Assembly (NCBI RefSeq): GCF_009914755.1 | Contig: NC_060925.1 | Reading direction: 5' to 3' (one strand) | Length of the DNA stretch: 64,000 nt | Source of the DNA: the human T2T-CHM13v2.0 reference genome, Homo sapiens | Shown: one piece after another, positions 1 through 28,621 of the stretch | Layout of the letters: the number at the start of each line of letters is the position of its first letter | Position numbering within the stretch: position 1 is the first letter of the stretch | Made by a program: the position numbers and the translations under genes | Notes under the pieces: model-generated | Databases searched by the model: none | Told to the model about the DNA's origin: nothing | The model's input: the letters and a program-made list of their open reading frames with translations, nothing else

Positions 1-850
<850 letters not shown>

Positions 851-3418
851 CGCAGGAGCGGCGCCGCGCACGTAATATAGGCGCCCCGCCCCCTGCGCTG
901 ACGGGAGCACTGCGCAGGAGGAAAGCCGGAGCGCGCCCGCGCTCGGCCCCGCCCATTACCGTACTTACCTCCCCGCCCCCACGCCGAACCCGGGCCGAGA
1001 GCGCGGTGGAGGCCGCGCAGTGCGCTTCCAATTGGGACTGAGCAAATGGAGGAAAAGGAAACCGCCTTTCAGTTCAACCGACTCACTGCATGATATATTG
1101 GCCTTTCTGGGTCTTTGGTGGCTATACTCGTTTGGCTTTTCTCCTTCCCAGCTTGGAGGCTGCTTTATCCAAATGCTTTCTTCAGTCCTCAACTTGGCGT
1201 TTCAACCCGAATCCGCCTTTTCTTCCATCTTAGATCTGCCTTCTTATGTGTTTCTCCAGCTCTTCGTTTAAAACTCCTTCAAATCGTATTTCAGTTTTGA
1301 CTGGTATAGCATACATTGGCAACTGTTACACGCAGCGGCTCTTTTCCTCATAATACCGTATTTGGTTTAATTTGTGTAAGTCCTGCCTTGCGAATTGGAT
1401 TTTAAGTTCGAGAAGGGCAAGGGCAGAACCGTTCTTTTGTCTGTTCCACACCCCGGGTGCGGGGCCTGGGAAGTAGAGGCTTTGCTTACTACTCCATACT
1501 GCAAACCTTAGTGTACCTGCCTTTGCAGGGCAGCTATTCTCATGCTCTTAATAACCCTGAATAAACCTCAGAATTGCATTTCCAAGTTTTCTGTAGCTAC
1601 CACAAAGACGGACCTCCAGTAACACTTGTTCTGTCCACTTTAGGACCTGGTCATCAGCTACGAAGTCCCAGTAGCTAACCGTGAGGGTGAGACCCAACTA
1701 GGTCTTTGATTATAGGCCCACTTGATTCTCTTCCTATTCCTGTAGAAATACTCTTGACCAAATTATTCTGAAACTTAAAGTTTACGAAAAATCAAGGGCT
1801 GTGATTTTGTAAAAAGAAAAATGGACTATCGCTCTTGAAATCCGTTATTTTATATGTTAGAAGTTTACTTTTTCTCTTTAAAGAAAAGATGTGATGTCTC
1901 GAAGTTTTAGATAGGGAAGTCAGAATTTAGATTCGTGATAGAAGTTAACATTTTAAACCCTAGATAATCTGCAGTGTCCAGCCAGTGTTCCATCTGACTA
2001 AGGAGATGGTTTATACCCACTGTTTGGTGCTCTAGGTGGCACAATAATATTGCCCCATTATTAATTTGAAATTTGGAAGTAAACACATTGAAATTTCTCC
2101 CATAGGCTAATATGATTTAACTAATTGATACATTTTATTTTTGAAGTTTATTTTCGGTAGCTTTTATGAAGCATTCTACCATACCTTGCAGTCATGTATA
2201 CGTGAAATATTAACACTTGTGAAATGATTTGACTTGAAATTAATGGACTATGTACAGTACTACTGATAATCCCCAGTTCAAGTTAAGTGGTGAGGATAGC
2301 CCCCAAAATAGAAACTTCCAAACAGTGCCAGAAACTCATTTTAGCCTTTGGTTATAATTTTGAAGGTTATGAATAAGCCACAAACTGGAATTTGAAATTT
2401 TGTCTTCGTTCAGAAATGGGAAGAGAGCTACAGGGGGTTTACATGTTCACAAACTAGATAACTAATCCCTTAATGAATCAGAGTTAAATACAATTATGAT
2501 GGTTCCTTAAATTTATGTGTCCTAGATATTATTTACACCTTTAAATATTAGTTATATGAAAACAAATTTCATTTACTGGAAAACACTAAACTATGAAAAC
2601 AAAGATTGTATATCTACATATAGTAGATCTGTAACAGTCACTCTTGGAACATTAAGTCAGTTGCAAAAATAAACATGAAATACAACTTTTGATGCTCACA
2701 AGAAAGTTCTATGGCTTTATCTCCAAAAGTTTTGGAGAACTTTAGAGCTGGATGGGGCCTGGAGATCGATCTGCAGTCCTGTTCATTTTACTGCCCAGGA
2801 AGCTGGGACCCTCACCCCCCACACCAATGGGCTTTCTATTACATTGTGCTGTCTTAGACAACATTTGAAAGAAAAACAATTTCTGCTCAAAGAACCATCA
2901 TCATACTATCCTTTTCACAAACAGAGGAAATATGCCATTCCATAGTCTTATGTTACCACTTCAAAGTACAAATGGTGACATCTTATTGATCATTTTTGCT
3001 TCTTATATTTTTAATGCTATCATGATAGTCCTGCTCTACAGAGACCTGTTAAAGTGCAGGTCACTTCCTGTAAATCTCTGAAGGACCTCTAAGACAATTT
3101 AAATTCCCCCTGTGTCAAATCCTAGAGGCTACCAAGAATACCGCGTGCCGGAGGAGACAAGTTAATTCTCAATAACAAAAAATGATTCAAGAATGACCTA
3201 TGAATAATTGATCTGTGAGAGGTAACTACAAAGTTTTGGTGCTCTGCATGTCTAGCTTACATTTTTGAGGTTTAAGCAAAGGAAATGCTATACTTTGTCA
3301 CACAATTTATTCAGCAAATATTTTTTCAATACTTTCTCAAAAACATTTTATAGTCATAACGATGAGGCAGTTCCAGAGATCTACAGTTAACAAAGTATCC
3401 TGCACTTAAAAATTTGCT

Positions 3419-5236
<1,818 letters not shown>

Positions 5237-5381
5237 GGGGAGGTTGGGGGAGGAAGACAAAAGAATTCAGGCCTGCGGGGAATGATGGGAGTGGGTAGGA
5301 GAGGAGAGAGGGGAGAGAGGAAAACACAGATCACCAGCAGCCTCGTGGGTGGTTTTGTAAAGGACTTTGGCTTTTGCTTTC

Positions 5382-5719
5382 TGCTATGGACTGAACGTTT
5401 GTGTCCCCACAAAAGTCCTGTGTTGAAACCTAATCCCCCATGATATTAGGAGCTGAGGCCTTTGGAGGCAACGAGGTCATGAGCGTGGAGCCCTCATCAA
5501 TGGGATTAGAAAATTTATACAGAGCTGAAGAGACCAGCGTTCGTGTCTTCTGCCCTGTGAGGACACAGCAAGAAGGTGCCCTGGGTGGGGAGGCGGGCCC
5601 TCACCAGTCACTGAGGCGCTGGGCTTCTTAGCTTCCAGAACTGCGACCAATAAGTGTCTGTTGTTTATAAGCTACTCGGCTTATGATGTTTGTTAGAAGA
5701 GCCCAAATGGACTAAAACA
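5382..5719 (+). mobile_element. Solo ERVL-MaLR LTR, MLT1A/MLT1A0-like
   Basis: Starts TGCTATGGACTGAACGTTTGTGTCCCC, has GGAGCCCTCATCAATGGGATTAG, ends GGACTAAAACA. Confidence 0.85.
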
Positions 5720-5767
5720 CCTCCAGGAGGAGGGAAGACATAGAACGTTGTTAGCAGAGTGACATGA

Positions 5768-6230
<463 letters not shown>

Positions 6231-6697
6231 TAACCCCTTTTTTTGTTTTTGTGTTTTTTGTATAGCACGATCAAGCCCAATTTAAATTAATCAAAGATGC
6301 ATAAAATATACTGAGATACATTTTCCAATGTATTTTACAAAAGATGTAAGAGTCAGAAACACCTCCAAAGTATTCTGTACTAAAAGTAGACATTTTCACA
6401 TAGACAAACAGGAAAGCCCAGCTGCAAGGGAGGAGGTACCAAGTTCTGGTTAGAAGTGCAAACTTTCAACTCAGAAAGTCGAAGCTGTACCACATAGTCG
6501 CTGCGTGATTTTGCACAAGCTATTTTTCTCTCCATGCCTGAGTTTACTCATGTATAAAAATAATACTTGCCACCTGAAGTTGTTGGGGAAATTCAACAAA
6601 TAACTGAATACAGTGCTTGGCACACAGTAAAAGCTCAAAAAATAGTAGTCTTCATCAGACACACTGAACAATTTTAGGCAGTTAAAAATCTATGATT

Positions 6698-8192
<1,495 letters not shown>

Positions 8193-8387
8193 GCGGAGTA
8201 AACTAGATTTGTAGAGGCCCCCTCAAGGGGAACCTTCCATGAGTTTCGTTTTTGCTGACCTGAAGAAAACTATAAATGGGCAAGCTTCGTTAAACTTTGA
8301 AATAATAGTTTATTCATATTTAGCTTTTACTTGTTAAAACTTTGCTCTAGAGTCTCACAGTATTTTATAATTAATTAGCAGACATGA

Positions 8388-8690
<303 letters not shown>

Positions 8691-9307
8691 AGCAGACATG
8701 AAATTTGAACTACTGTGCCATAGTTCAGTACTATAGGCTTTGAATTTTAAATGGTACAAAATATTCCTATTTACATGAGATTTGTGTACCACAATAGGCT
8801 AAAAGTTTTAGGTTTTTTTAGAGACAGTGTCTTGCAATTTTGTCCAGGCTGGACTTGAATTCCTGGGCTCAAGTGATCCTCCCACTTGAGCCTCCCAAGT
8901 AGCTGAGACTTACAGGCGCACACTGCACCCGGCTTAATAGGTTAAAAGTTTTAAAGTAAATGGCATTTATTTGAGTCATCTTATCTTTGATGTTATGGAT
9001 CTCTGTCTTCGTGTAAATTATGTAACTTCTATAAAATAAGATGTGCCAATTAGAAAAGAAAGTGGTAGGAAAACTGGAATCATGTGGTTGATAGTAAGAT
9101 GTCAGGGCTTTCCTGATAATTAAAATATTTACCAGGTGAAGACTGCTAACGCTCACCAAAACTCAACTTCCACAAAGGAAATAACCATTCTATCTTCGGA
9201 TTATCAAATTCACAGGCGTCCAGTACATTGACCATTATACATTCATACATGACAAACTGTTGACCTTCTTGTGACAGATGCTTCCGTGGAAAAACTAAAC
9301 ACTGTGA

Positions 9308-10093
<786 letters not shown>

Positions 10094-10384
10094 AATTTAT
10101 ATTTCTTAAGCCCAAATGAACCACTTTTCTTTTTTCTGACTTTGATCCTATCTGACATAATGCTTAGCCCAATGTGAACAAGCAGGAAGTTTCCATAAAG
10201 CACCAGTCACTGAGGAAAAAGTGCTACCTATTCATAAGAAACTTCGGTTCAGATTACCATGAGGAAGAATTTAAATTCCTGAATGAACCAGCACCTTCGC
10301 AACTTGATAAACTGGGCTTTGCTGAACTAAAAAGCTTTGCAAGCACATAAAGGATTTTTTCCTCAAAACAATTTTATTGTGTTA

Positions 10385-10732
<348 letters not shown>

Positions 10733-10799
10733 TTATCTGTGATCTAGCAGATGACTGTTATCTGGACAAGCACATAGAAATGTCAGAGATTCTAGACTG

Positions 10800-10980
10800 G
10801 CACTGACCAATACAGTAGTCACATGTAGCTATTTGAATTTAAATTAATTAAAATGAAATAAAATCCAAAATTCAATTCCTCATTTAGACTAGCAACATTT
10901 CAAGGGCCTCCATGGCCATTGGTCTCATACTGGATAATGAATATTTTCATCATCACAGAAAGTTCTTTGGGATAGCACTG
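10800..10980 (-). mobile_element. MER3/MER33-like hAT-Charlie DNA transposon relic
   Basis: CACTGACCAATACAGTAGTCACATGTAGCTATTTGAATTTAAATTAATTAAAAT...CATCATCACAGAAAGTTCTTTGGGATAGCACTG resembles MER3. Confidence 0.75.
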
Positions 10981-11099
10981 TTATAGACTGTTTCAAAGGT
11001 CTAATTTACACCAAGGATGGAACTATATAGTCTATATGTGACTCAGTAGCCAGACTAAATGGAAAGTTGGCCCCAGGAATGAGAGAATGGGAGTAAAAG

Positions 11100-11270
11100 T
11101 GTGTGAGATTGTATGTGCGTGTGTATATACATATATATAAAACACAACATAAATATATAATATATATGGAACTTATATATATGGAACAACATAAATGTCT
11201 ATAAATATCATATATTCATAGATACGTACATAGTCAACTCCCAATTCATCCATTTATCTATATAAAAAAT
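11100..11270. repeat. (TG)n/(TA)n-rich low-complexity tract
   Basis: Degenerate GTGT and ATATAT runs. Confidence 0.8.
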
Positions 11271-11904
11271 ATTTATTGAACATCTGCTATGTACCAAGTA
11301 TTATACTACGTGCAAGGAAAGCAGATGTGAATGACCAGTCCCGGGCCTCCAGGAGTTTGCAGTTTGCAGAGAAGGACAAGCCTTAGCTAGATGCTGTGGA
11401 ACACTAGCATGGCTGCAAGGGGAGCTAGCCGTCCTGACCACCTGCTGAGCTATTGTCTGCAGGACTCCCATGGTGTAGGTTTGTAGGCACGCCTCCCCCC
11501 ACACAAACATTCACATGTGCAAAAACAAAACAAGACAAAACTTCACACACACACTCAAGAAGCCAGTTGTACGACATTTGCAAGTAAACAGTAATTAGCT
11601 AAGATTATCTTATATCATATTCATTATTCTATACACAGAGCTGCCTATCATTTGCAGACTTCTGCCAGCTGATAATTAAGCAAGTCTTCCATCAAAAGCT
11701 GTCAGGTTAAGGGGAAAAAAATCAAACTAAAAGTGTCTCCTGCATCGTCCTAATTGCCAAGACACTGTGCATACTCATAACTTTTCCGCCTTTTTCCTGC
11801 TTTCACTTTGCTTCATCTAAGCCCACATTAAATAGGCTATTTTTTAAGTCTGGTGTGTTTTTTCCTGATCTGTTTATTTGTGCTATTAACTGCCAGTTAT
11901 TAAG

Positions 11905-12110
11905 TGCCTGTGCCACTGTACCAGGCATTTATACAAAATACCTCTAATCCTCATAGCAATTATGTGAGGTAGGAATTATTATTCTCAATTTATAGATATG
12001 GAAACGGAATCAGAGGGGTTAAGGAACTTGGTCAAGATAGATAAATGGTAAACTGAGATATCAAATCAGGGCTGCCTGACTTTCGTGCCCGAGCTCTTTC
12101 TCCTGCACCA
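11905..12110 (-). mobile_element. MIR
   Basis: AATCCTCATAGCAATTATGTGAGGTAGG...TTTATAGATATGGAAACGGAATCAGAGGGGTTAAGGAACTTGGTCAAG matches the MIR core. Confidence 0.8.
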
Positions 12111-12136
12111 AAAAGTTGGAATCATTAGAATTTCCC

Positions 12137-12450
12137 GGCCGGGCAGGGTGGCTCACACCTGTAATCCCAGCACTTTGGAAGGCCAAGGCGGGCGGATCAC
12201 GAGGTCAGGAGATCGAGACCATCCTGGCTAACACAGTGAAACCCCATCTCTACTAAAAATACAAAAAATTAGCTGGGCGTGGTGGCGGGTACCTGTAGTC
12301 CCAGCTACTTGGGAGGCTGAGGCAGGAGAATGGCATGAACCCCGGGAGGCAGAGCTTGCAGTGAACCAAGATCACACCACTGCACTCCAGCCTGGGCGAC
12401 AAAGTGAGACTCGATCTCAAAAAAAAAAAAAAAAAAAAAAGAGAAAGAAA
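12137..12450 (+). mobile_element. AluY
   Basis: GATCGAGACCATCCTGGCTAACAC and GGAGAATGGCATGAACC; AATCATTAGAATTT repeated on both flanks. Confidence 0.93.
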
Positions 12451-13305
12451 GAAATCATTAGAATTTAGAATTTCAGAGTTATAAATGGCATACTCTGTTC
12501 CAGCCAAATTTTATGCTATAGAGTCCTGAAGAAAGAGACAGGCAAATCAATGATTAAATTACAAGAGTCATACGTGATAGAGGTACATATTCAGTACAGG
12601 AGATGGAGCAAGGGGCTTATTGGGGGCAAAGGGACTTAAGTTGAGTCTTCAAAGAGTGAGCAGGGCTGAGAGAGAGGGAAGGGCATTCCAGGTAGGAGGA
12701 ACCACCTTTACAAATGCATAGAGGCGAGGCGCATTCCTGTGGCTATAATTCAGTATGAATGGACATGCTTGCAGGAGCAGGGCTAGGAAATTATTATAGT
12801 GGACAAAGAGGTCGATTAAGAAGAACCCAGCCAAGCTAAGAAGTTGGAGCTTCATCCACTAATAAAGAGGTGGGTAGTGAGGGGATTAAAGAATGTTAAG
12901 CTGAGAAGTAGCTCGATCAGGTCTGAATTTTAGGAAGATCATGTAGGCATCAGAGTGTTGAAAATGCACATGTTCACATATGTCGTAAGCAGGAAACATA
13001 AATAAATAGCAACAGGTGTAATAGCTGCCATCTAATAATACATGACAAGGTCATGCATTGGCTCCAGGTCAGTGGTGCCAGAGGGAGTGATGGAGATTGT
13101 GAGCTGGAGTGAGGGCCTCTATGGAAAGGGAGCAGTCGCCTAGGACCATCTGCAAATGGGACCCAGGATTGTCGGTTTTTTGTTTAAGGGAAGTGGGAAA
13201 ATCTTTATTTTTATATAATAGCTACTGAATTTTAGAGATGACCAAACTTATGTAGGCCAAAAACAAAAAACCACCTTTGGTGATATGTTTGTAAGCCTTG
13301 GGTTA

Positions 13306-14253
<948 letters not shown>

Positions 14254-14691
14254 TCAGCTTTTTGGACAAATGTATATGAAGGTATTGAACCATGAAGCAG
14301 TTCCTTTCATCCCCCTCAACCAAAAAGTGGCTGATTCAGATGAAAAGGCACATGAATTAAGTCACAGAACCAAAGCAAACCTTAGCAACACGTGAGGCTT
14401 AGGAAATTGTTTCTTCTCCCCTGCATCTTTATACCATTGAAATAAGATTGAACGGAACGCCAAGGAGTGTTCTGAAACAGAGTGTAGTCACAAAGGGAAA
14501 CGTTAGTCCCAGAGGAGATGATGTGTGGAAGGAAGGCACAGTCTCATTAGGTGGATCTGGAGAGAGAGAAAGAGAATTTTACAACTTTTTTGGTTGTAAG
14601 CAAGAAGTAGTGATGCCATATTCTCCACTCACCATCTCCCCGAGTCACTGCCCAGCTGTATCATGTGTTAATTAATTGTCATATGTATAAT

Positions 14692-15737
<1,046 letters not shown>

Positions 15738-16081
15738 TGATTGACCTTCTAATGGGGGCTCAAGCTAGATGTCTAGTTTGTTTTGTATCCTTATCGTTTC
15801 CTGGAGGGTAAGCACTCAGGACATGAAACATATGGAATGAATGAGCCTGTGTAGATCCGACATTGCTTAGTAAATAACTATACCCCTTACCAGCCAGGCA
15901 AAGTTGCTCCTTTCTCTCAGTCTCAGTCTTTTAACCTGTAAAATGATAATTACCACTGTCCTGTCTACCCTGGGGGTGTAAGAATCACATATGTAAAAAT
16001 TCTAACCTGTGAATGCTATGTAATTACTACCTACTTATAAACATATACTCTTGGAGAAAAGGGAGGCAGAAGATTTTTTTG

Positions 16082-17054
<973 letters not shown>

Positions 17055-18359
17055 TCACTGACTGCCCATCAAGTGGGACAGCTTTTCTTCTGGTAATGGG
17101 GATACACCTGTGCATCCCACTGTCACCTGGGACTCCTCAGTGATCCATGATTTGACATGAAGACACTATCAGCTAAAAAGCAGGGCAGTCTCAGGGTGCA
17201 CTTTGGAAGTGCTTAAGGGATCTATATTTTGAACTCCAGAAACGGAACTTCCAAACTTGGACTTTATCACACCTCCTCAGGCAGCCCCACACTTCTATAA
17301 CAAACGAGCTTGAAGCACACTCTCTCTCAAGTTATGATGGATAATATTGCCTAGGCAATCTAATTAAGCGCTTGGTAAACAGAATCTTAATTTACACTTA
17401 GTCCAGAAGGAACGGCAGGAATTTATCTCCCTTCCCCCAGGGAAGACTTGAATTGACAAGTTGAGGGAGGAAGGCCAGTTATATTTTAGGCTTATACATT
17501 GTATCTATCAGAGAAGTGCTATGATTTCTTCCCAACACAGGGGAGGTTTGGTGGGCTGCAAAATGGGACTAATTTCCAATTTTTTCCATTTGTCAGATCT
17601 TCAGAATCTGGTTATACTGTTGTGGTGGTCGTGGTCTCAAACTCCTGGGCTCAAGCGATCCTCCCGCCTCTACCTCCCAAAGTGCTAGGATTACAGCTGT
17701 AGCTGTGAGCCACTGCGCCCAGCCTGGTTATATCATTTACTTAAGAGAAATGTGAATTCCCAGAACAGGAACTTCAGACATAAAACCAAAGATTTTACAA
17801 TGTAACTACTAGTGATTTTTCTATCACAGGTGGTTCAAAGTTAGTGTACATGCCATCAACATGATAATAAAGAATGGCAGAGAAATGAATCATTTGTTAA
17901 CTAGGGGCAGAGTGATTGATCTTTTAAAGGCTCTGCTTCACGCTCTGCAGCGGCTTCCCACGGCCCTGGAGGTAGAGCAGGAACCCTCCCCTGGGCCCTC
18001 CTGGAGGGAGGTGTCTCCTGCTACCTCTCCAGCCTTATCCCAGGCTTCTCTGAGCTTCATCAGGGAAGGGATGAAGGGACCCACTTGTTCCCAGAGCCTG
18101 CGTTGGTGTCCTGCCTGCCATGGAAATACTCTTGGCCTCCTAACCCTGACTCAGCCTTTAGCTCTCAGCATAACCCTGACGGCCCAGACCAACTAATGTC
18201 CTCCAGACTGAGCTTTCCTCCCCAGTCACAGCCCACAGCTCCCTTTCCGTCGTGCTTGTTATACTGGGAACTGTTGGGAACGTACACCTACCTCAAAGGA
18301 GTGCATCAGTGCAAAGGGCCTGCTCATGGGAGCATTCTGCAAACATTAGCTCTTCACCA

Positions 18360-19652
<1,293 letters not shown>

Positions 19653-20009
19653 CTAATATTTCAATTCAATAAACATTCATAGGGTGCCTGCTCTTGGTAA
19701 GACATAAAGTCCACTCTTGGACTTATTTAATAGTATATAAAATAGACTAAAAATTGAAATCCGATTGCCCTTCGTGTGTAAAACATGTTTTAACTAGATA
19801 GCCAGGTCTTATTTATCTTTATACCCCGAGCAGCCAGCACTTAATATGTGCTTAATATTTGCTAAATCGAAAATAGTGCACAGACAAAAATTCAGTATTT
19901 GTTCAGGCCTTTCCCCATTACAAAATGCTCCCACAAACAATACAACATTTCCTGTTACCATTAAGATTCTTTGACTTTCACCCTTTCTTCTCTTTCCCCT
20001 TACTTTTGT

Positions 20010-21272
<1,263 letters not shown>

Positions 21273-21287
21273 TCAATGATAGACAAG

Positions 21288-21671
21288 GCTATAGTTTGAA
21301 TATGACCCCCAAAGTTCATGTGTTGCAAGCAGAATCCCCAAAGCAACAGTGCTGAGTGGTGGGAACTTTAAAAGGTGATTAGGTCATCTGCGTTCATGAA
21401 TGGATTAATGCTATGATCTCAGGACTGGGTTCCGTTAAAAGGATGAGTTCAGCCTCTGTCTTCTCTCTCTCTCACACACACACTCACTCTCTGCCCCCTC
21501 TCTTCTCTCTTCTCTTTCTCTCATTCTCTCTTGCCCTTCTGTGATAATGTGGCAAGAAGTACCTCACCAGATGCAGACCTCACCAGATGCCCTTCAACGT
21601 TGGACTTCCCAGCCTCCAGAAACTATACCCAGTCTCGATATCTGTTACAGGACACAAAATGGACGTAGACA
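21288..21671 (+). mobile_element. Solo MST-family (ERVL-MaLR) LTR
   Basis: GCTATAGTTTGAATATGACCCCCAAAGTTCATGTGTTG...GGACTTCCCAGCCTCCAGAA...ACAAAATGGACGTAGACA, with an internal (CT)n/(CA)n. Confidence 0.8.
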
Positions 21672-21799
21672 AAATAGAAACAAGTAGAGAGGAGACAATA
21701 GTTTCATAAGAAGCTGGGAGTCTCATTTGGCTTCCATATGCCTGATGCCTTTGACATCTAGGCAAAGGTCTCATTCTAATATCCCTAGTAGATTTGACA

Positions 21800-22250
21800 C
21801 AGCACAGCAGTTAAGAGCACAGACTTGGCCGGGCGGGGTGGCTCACACTTATAATCCCAGCACTTTTCGAGGCCGAAGGTGGGCAGATCACCTGAGGTCA
21901 GGAGTTCAAGATCAGCCTGGCCAACATGGTGAAACCCAGTTTCTACTAAAAATACCAAAAATAATAATAATAATAACTGGGTATGGTGGCAGATGCCTGT
22001 AATCCCAGTTAGTACCAGACTCTGGCGCTGGGCTGCCAGAGGAAGAAACCTTTTTCTTTTACTTACTAGCTTTGTGAACTCAGGCAAGTTTCCTAGCCTG
22101 TCTATGCCTCAGTTTTCTCCTCATTCAAAAAATGAAAACAACAAGATATACCATAGAGTTTTTGTGAGCATTAAATAAATTAATATTCGCAAAGCACTTA
22201 AAACGATACCAAGTTCCTGGCATTGTATCAATGTTTGATAAGTAAATTAC
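21800..22250 (+). mobile_element. MIR interrupted by a partial Alu (21827-22008)
   Basis: GTTAAGAGCACAGACT...CTTACTAGCTTTGTGAACTCAGGCAAGTTTCCTAGCCTGTCTATGCCTCAGTTTTCTC. Confidence 0.8.
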
Positions 22251-22552
22251 ATTACAAATATAGTTATCTCACATCTTAGCACCCTATAGTTTACAAATTA
22301 ATTTTGGTATACTAGCCTCATCAAATTCTCACAATTCCGAGGAAGGTATTATTACCTTGATGTGTGGATCAAGAAATAAAGTTTCCTAAGTGTTTTGTGA
22401 GGTTAATGATTTGGGACAAAGTTGACCAGAAAGAAAAATAATTTCATCTATTTTATTTCTATGCTTAGTTCAAGGGAAAAGGGTCAGCACCTTTTCTCCC
22501 ATTTTCATAGCAGAGAGCACGGTGGTTAATCACTTACTTTTTCTTTGGTTAC

Positions 22553-22915
22553 CGATATGGTTTGGCTGTGTCCCCACTCAAATCTCATCTTCAAGTGTAG
22601 CGCCCATAATCCCCACGTGTAATGGGAGAGACCTAAAGGGAGGTAATTGACTCATGGGGGCGGGTCTTTCCCGTGCTGTTCTCATGATAGTGAATAAATC
22701 TCATGAGATCTGATAGTTTTATAAAGGGTAGTTCCCGGGCAGATGCTCTCTTGCCTGCGCCATGTAAAATGTGACTTTGCTGCTTCTTCGCCCTCCGCCA
22801 TGATTGGGAAGCCTCCCCAGCCGTGTGGAACTGTGAGTCCATTAAACCTCTTTTTCTTTATAAATGACCCAGTCTCAGGTATTTCTTCATAGCAGTATGA
22901 AAATGGATTAATACA
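22553..22915 (+). mobile_element. Solo THE1 LTR (THE1B/C-like)
   Basis: GATATGGTTTGGCTGTGTCCCCACTCAAATCTCATCTT...GGATTAATACA, with a perfect 5-bp TSD GTTAC (22548-22552 and 22916-22920). Confidence 0.93.
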
Positions 22916-23144
22916 GTTACTATGATAATAAGTAGAATACCTTCCATTGAAACATAGTTTGTATATGTGTATCTGTGATATGTGACATATTGCATGTATC
23001 TCTTCCAAGAAAGTTTTCCTATTACTAAGTCCTTTATTACTAAGGACCTTTGGGGAACAATAGTAATTTCATACATATTAGTTTTAATGGTGAGTGTTAC
23101 ACTTATGCTCAACTTCTCGGCTGAAGTTCAGTCTTTGCCTGTAG

Positions 23145-23733
<589 letters not shown>

Positions 23734-24155
23734 GTATTTCCTATTTTAAACAGGATACTATGCATGGGCAAAGGTTCTCAGGGTAGCTGGACAAACCGGA
23801 GAGGCAGGATTGCCTTCCTCCTCAGGTCTTGGGTGCTCCTAGACACAGCAGAGTGGTGTCAAGCACACAGGTTTGGGAATGAGGAGCTGAACTGTCTGGG
23901 ATTGAATTCCAGCCGTACAATTTTCTAGCTGTGTGACTTTCAGCAAGACAATCATTCTCTCTCCATTTCCTCATTTACGACGTGGAGATATTGACAGTAT
24001 CTACCTTATTGGATTATTGGGAAGATTACGTGGTTAATGCCAGTGAAGCCCTTAGAACACTAGGCCCAGCTGGCTCATACAAACATTCCGTAAACGTTAT
24101 CTATTAGTATTATGTCCTATTTTGCTTAACACACTCATCATCCTGTCGTCTAAGT

Positions 24156-24690
<535 letters not shown>

Positions 24691-24712
24691 GGCTCTTTGA
24701 TAGGCTATTCAC

Positions 24713-25199
24713 TAGGCTGAATAATGACCCCTGAGATGTCCATGTCCTAATTCCTGCAAAAGGGACTTTGCACATGTGATTAAGGTTACAAACCTTGAGA
24801 TGTGGTGATTCTCCTGGATTATCCAGCTGGGCCTAGTCTGTCAACGTGAGTCCTTAAAAGTGGAGAACCTTTTCTGGCTGTGATCAGATAGAGAAGTGAC
24901 CATGAAAGAAGGGTCAGAGATGCAGAAGGAAAAGGACTCAGTCGGCCATTGCTGGCTTTGAACATGGAGGAAGGGGGCCGCAAGCCAAGGAATGTGGATA
25001 GCTGCTAGAAAATGGAAAAAGCAGGAAGACAGATTCCTTCTGAGAGCCCCTAGAAAGAAACACAGCCCTGCAACACCTTAATTTTAGCCCAGTGAGACCC
25101 CTCTCAGACTTCTGACCACCACAATTGTTAGATAATAAATTTATGTTAAGACACTAGATTTGTGATAATTTGTCCCAGTAGCAATAGAAAACTAATATA
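24713..25199 (+). mobile_element. Solo MLT1D-like LTR
   Basis: TAGGCTGAATAATGACCCC...GGGACTTTGCACATGTGATTAAG...GCCATTGCTGGCTTTGAA...AGCAATAGAAAACTAATA. Confidence 0.85.
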
Positions 25200-25221
25200 T
25201 TATGTAAGCCAGAAGCCTTGA

Positions 25222-28621
<3,400 letters not shown>

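Noticed and set aside
22811-22824. THE1 PRDM9-A hotspot motif
   Set aside because: The sequence is CCTCCCCAGCCGT, not CCTCCCTAGCCAC, so it does not match CCNCCNTNNCCNC.
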